From Balanoglossus misakiensis (lineage: Eukaryota > Animalia > Hemichordata), in NCBI GenBank assembly GCA_040954595.2, contig CM082594.2, positions 8,439,573-8,503,572 on the forward strand: a DNA stretch of 64,000 bases, written 5' to 3'. Shown here in pieces: positions 25,088 to 39,279 of the stretch. The notes beneath the pieces are model-generated. The model did not search any database. It was given only the letters and a program-made list of their open reading frames with translations, and had not been told where the DNA came from. How positions within the stretch are numbered: the stretch's first letter is position 1; every line of letters starts with the position of its first letter. The position numbers and the translations under genes were made by a program.

Positions 25088-26509
25088 GTAAGTCCATGAG
25101 GTTCTTTGCTTGCAAGTTTTGTACAGTGAAAGCAAAACTTGCTTAAAAGTCTCTCTGTGAAAAAAACTTACTCCCGGAATACGTGGAAATCAGACCTGCC
25201 CACCCCACAATATGGTAGATATTAAGAGCAACAGTGATGTGTTGTTGTGAGCAGTTACTGTGTGTATATACATTGCCACCCATCAGACGTGTGCCACCAG
25301 AACCTGCTGTTCATGTTTCATGTAGAAAGAAACAAGTGTTTTAGTAATTTCCCATCGAGGTCTGAATATGGCTAAATTGCTGTCTGGATTTGACCACCAA
25401 ATACTAGCTTATGATTGAAGGGTTGCAGAGCAAGGAGGAGTGATGCATTGTGGGAACAGGGGTCGTGGTGTACATTAGGATGGCTCGAGAGCAAAGTTTA
25501 ATTTGCAAGCAAGGGCAAGATCACCGTTGTTAGGTGACTTTTGAATAAAGCCAGAGTTCTTAAACCACAAAGCAGTCAATTGAGCACAAAGCTAGCAAAA
25601 CATTGTGATGAGCTTAAAAGTCAAGAGCCTTCATGTGTTGCTCATTAAAGTTTAGACACTCTGCATTGATTGACAAGGTGACAGCTGTTACCGACCTCTT
25701 TGTGTCACAATGTTTTATGATTTCAGGGTTGCTAGGCTTGTCATTGTGGGATGGGACCCGTGTTCTTACCAAGCTTCCAACATAGCTGCCATTGTCTTAT
25801 GCATGTAGGGCCTGGCTAGAAACATTGCGTTTTGATTGATTAAAGTGTCAGTCTGTTTGTGTGTACTAGAGGAACAACAACAATGGCAGATCTGGGGGTG
25901 AAGTTTGTAATGGGTACAAAGTTTTAATAGTTGTTTTCTGAAGTTTGTAAGGGTTTTCAAGTGTATGGTTCAGTATCAGTATCAGCATTGAGGGTTTATT
26001 TGCTGTTTATTCTTTCACTGTTAAAAATCCCCTGAATTAGCAATGATTATGGAAAGTTAAGGAAAGTCTTACAGGATTTTTCCTTTCATATCTGCCATTA
26101 AGTAATGAATGACAGTGAAGTCATCATACAAAACACTTCAAAATTTTATGCTAAATCACTCTTCAAAAATCTTTTATTACGATCACATTAAAGTGTCAGT
26201 CACTTTCCTTTAGTCTCAGTGTTTGTGAAATTTCAAAAAAGGTTCTGATCGTCCTTTTCACTTCTTTTAATGGATTGACGTGCTAGAAGAAGTGGCAGAC
26301 ATATTTCCTATTTTTTATCGCGGTAAAAGTGCTATTTTTATGAGTAGAAAATTTTAATGTGTGATATTTTCCTGCTGTGGAAGTGTTATTGTGCATTTAT
26401 GCAAGTCATAATAGCCATAATTCATGTTTGATATTCCGTTTTTGACGTTTCCTGAAAAGTGTTTTGACACTTTCTGACACATGGTTTTTATGTATGCTGT
26501 AAATTTCAG

Positions 26510-26617
26510 GGTGACAAGTATTTAGTTTTGAAAAAGAAATACCGGGAGCCTGCACAGAGGGAGTTGACGGAACCTGATGGCGGCCACGATAAAGAAAACC
26601 AAAATCAAGAAATTACA
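26510..26617 (+). CDS. Sowah: Sowah coding exon 3 (GDKYLVLKKKYREPAQRELTEPDGGHDKENQNQEIT)
   Basis: Acceptor tttcag, donor ACA|gtaagt, 108 nt, phase 0-0. G.KYLVLKK completes the N-terminal domain. Confidence 0.88.
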
Positions 26618-29600
26618 GTAAGTATGTGTGTATGAGGAATAAAATAGTGCTTTAAAGAGGATGTCTGGTTGTGGTGTTGTGGTATAGACTGCATTTCAGG
26701 GAGAGATCAATATCTTATGTCACAACGAGAATCAGTTGTCACTAACAGTAGCTGTAACTTTTGGTGTATTTTTTCGAAGTTACATGCTGTTCAGACACTT
26801 ATTCTCATGAACTTCAGTGTTCAAAGTCAAATGACATTAAAGGGGTAGTTTTGATCATAATGAGCGAGGTGCTGGTATTTGTGCAGATGTTCCTGCTCAT
26901 AAAGACACTGATAAATGTTGTGTCAATAAAAATCCATTTAGTTTTACTCCCTGTGACATATGATACACTGAAGTTTTCTCTCTCTCACTTGGTTGTGACT
27001 GTGTTTTTTACAGATGGTTTTTCCATCATAATAGTTTGGCGCGTTCTCACATCTGGTTATGTGCCAGTTCGGTCGTGGTGTTGACATGTATTTTGTCCAG
27101 TCAGACTCATTGTAGCAGTTGGTTTTGTCCCAATTCTGCTGTGAGAAGTACAAGGTGATTGCTTTTCGCTGGTCTCATTGAGGGGGTTCAGACTGGACAG
27201 TTTACGCCGATAAGACAGTGTGTAAAATGGTGGTTTGTGGGTAACTTGAGTACGGTGGAGTCTGTCCAAATTCAAGTACCACTACAGTGCGGACATGGCC
27301 CATATCTATTCCCCAAAGGACAGTCTGTTACTTTGTGTCGCCCTAAATTTCAGTCGGATTAATGAATGTGAAGAACGTTATTGTCAGAACCTGCGACTAT
27401 CTTTTCACACTGGGGTTTTGTCGAGAGGGTGTCCTCACAATAGCCAGGATGTTCGCCTGTGTCACAGGTCAGAGGTTAAGTGTAGCTTGTCAATTATCCG
27501 AGGAGCTATTTCGGAAGAAAAAACACAAACACATGGTGTTAAGGTGTCACTGATGACTTTTTTTATGACCATTTACATCAGGTCAAGGTCTTTAAGTAGC
27601 CCATCGCTGCTGTAAATTATTGGGATGCTTAGAACAGAAGGCACAAATGAGACAACGCGTTTCTAATAAGTTCATCGAGAGTTTCCGCGAGAGGGGGGGG
27701 AGTTGTATAGGGGTCAGATGCTTTTCCTGTATTGTTTGCATTATATTTGTTACTCGTATTACAACAATTTCTCTTACACTTTGACTTGATATTTCTTAAC
27801 TCTTTTTTATGATTGGTGAAGTGTGTGTAATTTTGAACTCGGAGAAGTGCATGTAACTTGTTTAGGTTAGAATACATCTCGTAACAGTTAGGAGCGACAG
27901 CGTCTATGGTAACAGTAACACCAGAAAACGGAACAAGTTGTGTGTGCCAACGCTTTTAAAGAAACATATTTAATAAAAAACCTGATATCACATCAGTGGT
28001 TGTAATTGATACATTCAGTTACTCCTGTTTTCATGGCAACCAAGTTTTCACCTGTCTAACTTATTTCCCGAAGTGTTCTCGTTTCTCGACGACATGTCAT
28101 GGCGTACCGATCAGGTTACATGTACATGTGAATACGAACAAATTTTTGACAGTTTCCTGTGTTTGCGTATCAATATTATCACAAGTGAGTAGCTGTGGAT
28201 GTAAATATGTCTAAGCTCAATTTGAGTCGGATGAAAACTGGGAGAAAAATGCCCTGATGCACTTGAAGTGAGCGTGGAATGATGGATGGGTGTACGAACA
28301 CATTAGCTTCTGTTTGTATATATGCATGGATTCTAATAGTAGCCCACTGTGACTTCTCGTTTCATAAATTGTAGAAATATACAGCGTACAAAATAAATTA
28401 TACAAAGAAAATAACATGAATGAAACACTGCATGTGAAAATTGAAGAAATGTTGCTTTTTTGTCGCGAAAAGGGGTAATCAAAACATGCATGTGTTATGA
28501 TTACAACTAAATACAAGCACTGAAACAGCCACTGTTTTCAGTTGGCTTAGAGGAGCGTGAATTTTTTCTCACACAAGCATCAGCAAACTGATGTCAAAAG
28601 AAAAGTATTTTCCCTTTAAGTTTTAAGAATATCACAGTTGCTAATATTTTGTGGTACATCAGGTACTTGTCCTTCAGGTCAACTCAAGAATCTTTTTGTG
28701 TGCCAAAACGTGATTCCCTGCATGTTTACGCTAACAGTGATTCGAATATTGTCACACTGGATTGCGGGTCACATGAGTTCTGACAACAAGAAAGAAATCA
28801 GTGTATGTTGTACAACCAGTCCACTCAAAGGTGTTAACATCTACATCAAATACTCCGCACCTAACATGTTTTTCCACGTCCACCGCCTGTCTGCCTCAAG
28901 TGACAGCTGACATGTAACCCCCACACAAACCTTTATGTTGACAAGTTTGCTTATTACTAATTCTGTGCTCCTGCCCTTCTTCTGCCACTTAGCATATTTC
29001 AGCTGTTAAACTCTGCGCTGCTGCGTGTCAGCGGTGTTCGGCAAACATGTCACACCGCGATTACAAGTACCTGCTACTCCAAACAGCATGTGAAATCATC
29101 ATGTCTGCTTCAACCTCAGAACAAATGCATTTACAAGTTGCACGCAGAAACACTCACTGACTCAAAAAGTTTGCAATATTCATGAATGTGAAAGAATATG
29201 TGCGATCGCCCAGTTGCCCTCTGAAGTACATGTACATGTATGTACAAACAAATATAACAAGAATGACATGATACTGTTATGCTATGATCCTATACTGTAT
29301 GCTTTTGTATGACTGTGTACTGTTACGCCATAATCCTTTACTGTTCTTTTGGCCCCATAAATTCTCTCAGGATAGAGAGATTTGTTCTATTCATGTATTA
29401 TCCCTGTGAATTCAGAAAGTTAACGTCAGATCAAGCGATCTTGCCTTTTAACAAGCTTGTGCTCAGTGTTTTCTTTCTGTAGATGATATTTGAAATTCAT
29501 TAGTCTTATCAGAACTTGGCATACTCTGCTTGGCCTTTCACTTTCTGCCCAGGGATAGTCATTTGAATTTATATGACACTCAGTTGTGATTACATCTGTC

Positions 29601-32600
29601 TTCGAAGTTTAACATTTAAAAGATATTTAAACACAAAATATACGACTGTCAATGTGCTTTCTGCCTTCAGCGGTACATTTCTATTTTAAAACGGCATCTT
29701 GTCTCCGTAATGACATTACTGACCACATCTTTGAGGGGCTGCATGGTGATTCTTGCGTGAATGGAAAATGGGGTTTCTGACTGAAATTGTGAAATAAATT
29801 CTAAAAACATATAGTCATATACATGAGGAATTTGAAGATGTATGGTTGATTTCTTACCCTGATAATTCTGATTCTAGAGGAACTGTTCATTGATTGTATA
29901 CTATAGGCTTTACCCTCTAAACGGGAGCAACATGGCCGCTTGGTGCTATTTTTTCCTAGACTGATCCAGGTACATGTGATGTGGATGAGTTGGCAGGCAC
30001 TGTTATAGTCCGTCCTTTTATCTTATTTATTACTAATCAACACTCCGATGTCACATGTAGAAAGTAGGTGTCAATACGATTCATCCACATGTATTTTAAG
30101 TAATAAAACTCAGTTAGATTTCCCTAACTGTGGGCATTCACTTTTGAAATACAAATGCCAGGCTCATGTCTTCCCCTGTAGAATTTAATCCGTTCAACAC
30201 CATAGTCAACTTGTCATTTTTCACTAAAATTAACCTTATAGCTTTGACTTTCTGTGATAGTAATAGTGGTAAAAAAGAAATAGCCAGAAGATACAGCTAG
30301 TGTAGCTCGAAGTGAATTTCTATTTAAGTATCAGTTTCTTATTCTGAGTCACCAACTTATCTTTGTGTAATCAAATTACTGGGCATTTGTCTTTATTTTA
30401 TACCTCTCACAAGAAGTGACTTTTAAAGACTTTATCTTGTATACACACATACGTACGTCGTTTAACCCAGCAATCCATTGTGTGACTGAAAGACAAGCTG
30501 TGGGTTTGACTTGTCAATTTGCTGCTTACGTTACCAATTATTTAAGAGATTGTGTGGAAATAAATGTGGCCTTGTTTGTGTGATTTTAATTGCTGAATGG
30601 GTTTATGGAATCATGGTCAAATAATAGTTGATTGTCATCAAACTTTATCTGGTTACGAGAGCCATCGTCTAAATTTCTTTATTATATTATGTTAGATATG
30701 TGCAGTGCTCTTGAAAAACCACTTTCACATTGTCAAGTGCGTACACTATGTCCCAATTGTCATCGTCATAGCGATGAAACCAAACTCGACTTGGAATCTT
30801 GTCGGTCTTGGTGCATTGTCCTTTCACTCGCACATTTGCCTGATACTGGTTTAGCTTGTTGAAACACTTGTCTATTCACTGGACTGATCAGGAATCGTGT
30901 AGTTAGCATGGTTCACTCACTGTATCGTTTTATTTCAACTGGTTGAATACATGCATACAAGTATGTAAATCTTATTTGTTCCCAGTCAGAGAAACCATCT
31001 CTAAGTTTGCTTGGGTTGTAGTGCCTCGTATCCGTATGATCTATGAATTTTCATCCGTCGCTCCTAAGTAAACCGTACCCAGACTGCCTGGTAATTAAAT
31101 GAGAATTTTGAGATTTCCATGTATGTAAAGGCAAACTGGTTTCCCCCAAATTTAAATTACAATGTCGACGAATGTTGCTAAAGCCAGCTTTGCATTCCTA
31201 TAGCGAATCACAGAGACAAGCGAAAAAAGAAACTGTAATCAATGGACTAAGTGCTGTATTTCTTTTTTTCTCCCTGACGTAAATGTCTGTTTGTGTAGCG
31301 TGTATCTCGCTTGATTCCTTCATTAAGAGTCAGTTGCCAAACTCCAGTGTGGCGTTATGTAGATGGAGACACAATTCAAGGAAAGCTTTTCATCAGCTTA
31401 TCATACCCTTTATGAGGGTGGCTTGCATGTCTGTGTTACATCAAATTAAACATGTTCGGTCCATTCACGAACAAGACTATCCAAGTCCGGAAACCAAGGC
31501 CAGCCAGTTCTTTTTTTTCCGGCTTTTGTGTTGCCGGGTCCAGGCGCAGGTTTTCAAGTCTACCCACACAGTAAAACACTAACATTTCAATGTGGGAACA
31601 AATGCCCAGTCTCCAAAAGACTGTTGGGAGACATGTAGTCTTCTCTATTGTCTTACAGGGGAGACAAATAGCACAGATAATGCCCCTGTTAGTCTTTTCT
31701 TTGTTTCTTGTTTGGAGTCCCCCCTATTTTGTCTGTGATTAACAGCAATTAACTGTAATTAAGTAAATGATTTGAGGCAGTTTGGGAGACAGGATGGTGT
31801 GAGGGGTAATGATAAACAGATATGTAGACCTGCATCTACACGTAATTGCTTAGAGATAAATATTTATCCTAAGTTGGTGATGGTAATTAGCAACCCCCCT
31901 AGACATTGCCTTGTACAGTAATAGGATTCTTGGTCAGACAAAGGCCTCTATTGCCGCCTTGGCTACTGCGAAATGATGGAGAGTGTATGAACGACTCCTT
32001 GACTGGGGGGGACTTGCTAATTGTGTGAAAAATAGAAGGCTAATTGACACGTACTTTAGAAGAAAACTCAGAGTCACTCAAACTACCATATTCCCATGTC
32101 ATCTTTACAGTTCCAACACAGACTGATAATTATGGAGTCTGTTTTTCAAAGGACAATAAAAGGCCACGGAACAAAGAGAATCTTTTTCAGTATGTCGTGA
32201 TTACATGTAATTTTAAAGTAAAACAAGTATGATGGATCGTGTGTGACGTCTATCGGCGTAGTTGGTCTGAAATTATATTCATGGCATAAACTGAGCCTCC
32301 TATTCCTACCGGAAAACGTGATTATTTAGAAATCTGTTTAAATTCACACGAAAGATTAACCAGTTTAGGATATGTTTTAATGCAGGGCTTTCTTCACTTG
32401 TTAATCTCTAAAGCCATCCTAGCTGTAATTCAGTTTCCCACTTTGAAGAATTTTGATTTGCCACTGTGAAATTGTGGTTATTTCACGATATTCAAAAATG
32501 ACACAACAATGGTAACTGGCAGATGAACTCTCTTTCTCTGTTTGAGTTGATAAAATTACCATCTATAGACAGATTATATCTGATGAGATTGTACAATATT

Positions 32601-32822
32601 AGACATGAAAAAATATTCTGTTAATGTTTTATCTATTCCCAAGGGGTAGGATTAGCCTGTGTGTGACCATTAGGGGGGTTATTATTAGCGTTTAGTTCGG
32701 AAAATGTTTGCGGAAGGACTTATGGTTGGGAGAGGGGGGAAGGGACATGGTACATTTGTTCATGTACATGGATGTATTGTGGAAATAAAGTGTAGAAATT
32801 GTAAATGGTTTTGTTTTTGTAG

Positions 32823-32981
32823 ACCGGGGATGTTATGGAGGAAGAGATGCAGCCAGAGAACGAACCTGAGCAGAGTGATGTGAAGAAAAGAGTTTTAGAT
32901 GTAGCTCAGTCATTTGAGAAGAAGGCAGAAGAGGAGAAAGCACAGGCAGAAGCAGCTTGGGTTTCACCTACAAAGATTCAG
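32823..32981 (+). CDS. Sowah: Sowah coding exon 4, acidic linker ([53 protein letters not shown])
   Basis: Acceptor ttttgtttttgtag, donor CAG|gtatgt, 159 nt, open, purine-rich, phase 0-0. Confidence 0.82.
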
Positions 32982-32995
32982 GTATGTTCTGGATA

Positions 32996-33394
<399 letters not shown>

Positions 33395-33599
33395 AGGAGA
33401 GAGTGTTAATATAATTGCAATAATCAATGTCAGACAGAACAGGAGGTTCTTCAGAAAACATAATTAAAACCCACAGTAGTACTGTTTAATGACTAATCTC
33501 TGGGTAACTGTTTTTTCCCCTCACATTTTATTGGCTTCAGTATGGTTCAATGAAACCTTTATGAAGTACCTCAGTAATGATAATATAATTTTGTTTCAG

Positions 33600-33656
33600 C
33601 GTGAAGAGGATGGCAACGATGATGAGTCGGTATCTTCAACAGTAACCGTGGTTACG
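33600..33656 (+). CDS. Sowah: Sowah coding exon 5 (REEDGNDDESVSSTVTVVT)
   Basis: Acceptor ttttgtttcag, donor ACG|gtaagt, 57 nt, phase 0-0. Confidence 0.8.
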
Positions 33657-35958
33657 GTAAGTGTTAGAAACCTTTAATGTACACTTTAGGTGTCAGAGTG
33701 GTATTGCATACGGTTGTATAATGTAAATAGCTGGTGTGTTAGTTGTTGTATCGAGTTCTGCCATGACATGTGTTTATATACAATTTGACTCGACTGTGTT
33801 TAGTGAATTGGGTGACAAGTACTGGTATATTGAAGACACCTGCCCAACATGACACATATACATGCTGGGATCTAGAGTCAATTCTGGACGTGGAAAGAAC
33901 GAAAAAAAAACCCACAAAAGTGATCACTTGGCCATTCAGGACATCTCAAGTTGTGATTGAGAGGCAAGCATGCCCTACACTTCTGAATAATGGAACTGTG
34001 TTGAGTGTTACCCCAAAGCTGTAATTGTCCGAGAAATTTTCCTGCGCACACAATGGCTACTTCACCAAGTTTGTGTTTGTGTTCAACACGCAAGCGTAAA
34101 TTCGGGCTGGGGTTCATTTTGCATTTGACAGCAAGAAATGTGTTGTCATGGTTACTGTAATCTCCCGTGAAATATGGAGATGTGCATCTGTACTGTTTTT
34201 TCTTTTCATCCCCTTTCCCCCCCCCCCCCCCCCCCCCCCAAAAAAATAAAAAATAAAAATCCAGCTTTCAGGGATGGTTAGTCAGTGTCAATGTAGACAC
34301 AGTGTACCTACATATACATGTGTTTAATCATGCAAAGAGGGTAAAATTTCTAAAATTGCCCTTTGATAAAAACCATCATGAATATGTGTATGATAGCCAA
34401 GTGCTTGTCATACCCGAATGTTTACAAATTATCTGCGCTGTGACATTGTCAGAATAATGGAAAACAAGCTTCTTCACAAACAGAACCCGTGTTTGTATAT
34501 TCAACACACAATTAGATGACGAGAACATGTACTGCATTATGGGCCGTTGCCACTGATAACAAATTTATCATTATTATTAATATGGGGAAACATCAGTCTT
34601 GATTGGAGAAAGGATCGACTTGTAATCAATGTCATGATATATTAATTAAGGATGTAAAAGTGTTGATTAGGGACAAGACGGTTGAAGTCTCGGGGGACAT
34701 TTGCAGGTTATAGACTTAACTTTTCTCATTCAGCTTGAGATGTCTAATTCTGCTGGGCAAGTTTAATGATGTAGTTAAAGTCCTGTCTTATATTTTGAAT
34801 TGATCCCAATATGTTGTGCTCCAGTAAAACGTCTGTAGCACAGGTTTTTGGGGCGAATAATAAAAAAAAGAGACAATGTGTTGATCGCTATTAAAAGTTT
34901 TGAATGAAAAACCAGTTTAGGGGAAAATTTTGCATGGATATCTAGGTCATATTGGCTGTTTTAGAAAAAGCGAGTTGTCTTTATGTTCGCAATGACCATA
35001 TGCCATGAGTGTAATTATTCTTGTTTTATGCTTTTTTTCTTTGTGATCGGTTTGTGTTTGTTGAGAGAGGGGAAAAATAATTGCCAGGAGTCGTGCGAAG
35101 ATTAATAAATCTGCGGGACTTTCATCGGGTTTCGATCAGCGTGTGAGGGAGCTTGTCTGTGTGGGAGGTTTTTTAGGAAACAGGCAGCGACTGCCTCGTG
35201 GAGGATGTGGGTCTGTATGTGTCTTTGTGTTGCGGATTGGGGTCAGGGCATGTGAGACTACCACAGTCGGTCGTTGGATCTCTAACCTTGTGTGTGTGAC
35301 ATTTTCCCCCCGCGATCGAGGGATAGAATTGCCATTCCAGTCATACTAACCTATGTATCAATATCCGCTGCCACTGTCTCTAAAAAGATTAATTAGCACA
35401 GACGTTGGTGTTAGTGACATCAAAAGCCCGGCAAATAATGTCGCCAAAATTACTGGACTTAAATCATCGTGTATGACAGAAGTGTTATTGGTGCAACTGA
35501 TGAAAGGGGGATTTGGCGGCAAAGCCATGTGGCTCCAGTTTGAAATGAATACTCTAAGACGTCGGCAGTTTGCAAAGGCCAATGTGAAGTCAGCTAATCC
35601 CCATAACTCTAATCCTATAAATAGACAAGAGTGGTAGAATTTGTTAGTCTCTGCTTAAGACTATTCCCTCTATCATAACAAATCCGTCATTTTCATGCAT
35701 CAACATCAGAAAATAAATAGTACTTTGAGTTTGACCGATGAGTCTTGAAAGAGGAAAAAAGTCTCTGACATTTGCCTCCCAAGATCTTTGCCGGCCAGAC
35801 TAGAATTACATTTATATGGTCAGCCATGGGAATTGTGAGATCGGCTGCAAGAAAACCAATCTGTATGGCATGTTAAGTATCTGTGTTTTATGTATGTGAT
35901 ATATGTACATGTATATACATAGTGTGTTTGTATGTGCATGTGTGTATACATGTGTATA

Positions 35959-36164
35959 ATGTATGTATGTATGTATGTATGTATGTATGTATGTATGTAT
36001 GTATGTATGTATGTATGTATGTATGTATGTATGTATGTATGTATGTATGTATGTATGTATGTATGTATGTATGTATGTATGTATGTATGTATGTATGTAT
36101 GTATGTATGTATGTATGTATGTATGTATGTATGTATGTATGTATGTATGTATGTATGTATGTAT
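35959..36164. repeat. (ATGT)n microsatellite, about 200 bp
   Basis: Near-perfect tetranucleotide array, seen directly. Confidence 0.98.
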
Positions 36165-38160
36165 AAACATTAACCAAATTAGGTGGGAAATGGTGAAAAT
36201 AATTGTAACACCTACAAGTAATTTCCTTAAAGTTGTGACAGTTAGGTGAAGATATATCACTTTCCTCAAAGACAAAAGTTGTTAAAGGAAATTGATTGAA
36301 GGAATAATGTAGAGTGTAAGTCAGTGCAACTTCAAGGATTAAGAGATTTTCACTGAATTACGCTTGCTAGAAATTGATTGAGATGGGAGCCTTCCTTGTC
36401 AGCATTCAGGAGATGTAAATATTTATAATGGCGCGACATGTACAAATCTTGGTGAACTTGATTTTTTAGACTCGTTTTAAAGCTTGTTTGACACACACTC
36501 ACACACTCACACATGCACACACACACACACACACATGCACGCAGTCTGTATAACAAACTATCATTAACCTGAATGGCTGTTTATACAGGCACTATATTTT
36601 GTCTCATATTAATACAATTTTGATAGCAAAGCAGGTTGAGATCACTAGCTATTATGCTTATGCTGATTAATTTTCCAATTTGCTGACTCTAACTACTGCC
36701 CTGCTTCTACTGCCGTCTCAAATTTTTAATTTCCTTTTTCTGACTCAACCTTAATAGTCTGGCTGTTTTGCCATGACATTGGGCATGGCGTGTTTCCATT
36801 GTTGATATGCAGTAATAAAAGCTAACTATTGTACACAGCTCTGCTGACTTCTAATTTTTTTCAGATGCAGAGTTTTATTCAGTAGTGTAATGATACTGTC
36901 AAAACAACCTGTTGTTTCCTCTTTGAACTTGTCATTGCAGAAGTTGACAATGAACTAACAGATTTTGCAAAAAATCAAACCCTTTTCTGTGTTTCTCTAT
37001 ATGAGAAATAAACAAGGCACTGACTAACTGTTGGTTGATCTCAAAATGTCAATGTTTATTCTAATGTTGATGTTATACCATGATGAATTTGGGTCTCTGA
37101 CCTCTCTACATGTCCAAATGGAGAAACATGATATAATTACTTTCGTATTAGTGATCTGGCAAAGTGATGATTGTTGCAAACCATTCCTTTTGCACTAACA
37201 GAGGCAGTAATGCTAATGTTTTCTTTAATTTTCATAATTTTTTATTCCGTATACGTATCATAAAGTTCCTTTCTTTGCTTCATAAATCATGTTTAACACG
37301 GTGTGTGATTTGTTTAACACAGCCAGTGTGTATTTAGCCAGTATTGTTATTGTTGACAGTTGAATTGATGTTCAGACATAAATTCACTTGTCAACAATCA
37401 TTGTGCTCATTCAGCTGCTTAAAAAAAACTAAACCAAAAAACCTGGGTTATGTAAATATTTCAGTTACAGCTATTTTCCTATTTTGTAACCTTGAATTTC
37501 TCTGAAACGGTGGCCTTGCAATATGACCCGTCAATTGAATGAATGAAAGAAGAATTAATTGTATTATTTGGGATATAATGAAATTTGAATGGAAAATCAG
37601 GTTATGAAAACATGTGTTTCACAAATATGGCAATTAATATGCAGGTTTTTGATTAAAAAATCTGGTTTGTACTATTAAGAAAGAAAATCAATGGCTAGCT
37701 GCATTGACATACTTGTACATGTGTAACACAGGTGCCGAGAATTGTTGGTAGAAGTTTACATGGTGATTTTAAAACTAATAAAACATTTAGCGGAAACATA
37801 ACATGTTTTAGAACAAATAAAAGCGTAGCATTGACCAACTGCTGTGAGTGAGTTTGGACTACTGTGTGAGGCCAAATTATAACAGGGGGTAGTCTGTAAA
37901 TAGATTGTGTATTACAATTTTCATGTTTTAATGCTTTCAGTGAGAACTCTCAGATTTAAAATGCAGTCGGGGACTTTGATAAAAAGTTAACATAGTAGTG
38001 AAAGCCTGAAAGTGGTTGAAGAGTTAGTGATGCACAATTTGACCCCTACCCCAGGGTCTCATTGTCCTCACATGTGGTAGAGTGTGTATCTGGGAGTTTG
38101 TCGTTACCCAAGGGCTGTTTTAACAGTGTCATATTACTGAGCCAGATGCTAAATATGTAT

Positions 38161-38330
38161 GTGTTATGTGCATGTGTGTGTGTCTGCCTGTCTGTCTGTT
38201 TGTTTGTATGTCTGTTTGTTTGTATGTCTGTCTGTCTCGTGTGTGTGTATGTATCTCTCTGTCTGTGTATGTGTGTGAGTGTGTGCGTGTCTGCCCATGT
38301 CAGTATATGTGTATTTGTGCCTGTGTGTAA
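38161..38330. repeat. Degenerate TG/TGTC low-complexity tract
   Basis: Seen directly. Confidence 0.8.
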
Positions 38331-39186
38331 TGTGCCAAGATTTAAGGTTTATCTGTGTGTTTGACACTGACCATAAATGTTTGGTGTACATGTATTATTG
38401 CAATATTCAGCAAACTATGTATCCACTGGGATTTTCCAAAGAAAGCGGATATCTTTATGTATAATTTTATTGACTTCATAAAAAGAACTAACGCCAAAAA
38501 TACAAGAAGTTGATATGTGATAGAATTTTATGTTTTATCGAGTTGTTATATTGTGTATAAAAGTTTGATAGGATGAATGATTTATGAAAGGGTCAGAAAT
38601 ATGTCATCTTTGTGACATAATTTGGATTATTGTTAAGATTATTTTTGTTTTCTTTGATAGTGTACTGTGCAGACTCATAGCATAGGATTGATACACTTTG
38701 AAAGACTCATTTGAGAAAAGGGTCATAAAGGTGTGTGCTTCTTTCAATAAACGTGGCTTTGATTAAAAATCATGAACTCTCTAATTAGTAAACTGGAGTG
38801 CTGACAAGCTATTGGATTAATTACATGATAACTGGATTGAAAGTTGAGCTCATGAATTTGATTCAGTGATTATTGCCCTGATTTGATTATCTGTGTTTCA
38901 TTAATTATAACGCTGTGTTTCACTCCACATTATACAAGTAAGTCTTCAAGAATTGTGAAGGGGACGGGTCGGGTTGGAGGGGAAGGGGGGGGGGGGGGGT
39001 ACATTGGCCTTGACATGACCTGTACTTGAAGAGTTGATCGGGTCAAAAAATCTCACAAACTCAATCCGCTACTCAGACTTGAACTTGAAGATAGCAACCC
39101 AGGTCTCCATTCTAAGTGATACTGATCACAAAACTCCAAAAGTTGCTTGTAACTCAAAATTTTGTGGGCGTGCAACACTCAGTTGT

Positions 39187-39279
39187 TTAACCCTTTCACC
39201 CCCTGTCTCCTCTTTAGTGGTCCAACCTTACCATAGAAAATGATGAGTTTGGGCTGAACCATGGTAGTGAGAAGGTTAA
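39187..39279. mobile_element. Short TTAA-flanked MITE-like element
   Basis: Left end TTAACCCTTTCAC and right end GTGAGAAGGTTAA are inverted repeats (11/13 match). TTAA-CCC termini resemble piggyBac-type elements. Confidence 0.5.

Noticed and set aside
29960-29969. ttttttcctag|ACTGATCCAG|gtacat as a second microexon
   Set aside because: 10 nt would shift the frame between two phase-0 exons, the donor is weak and there is no protein-level support.
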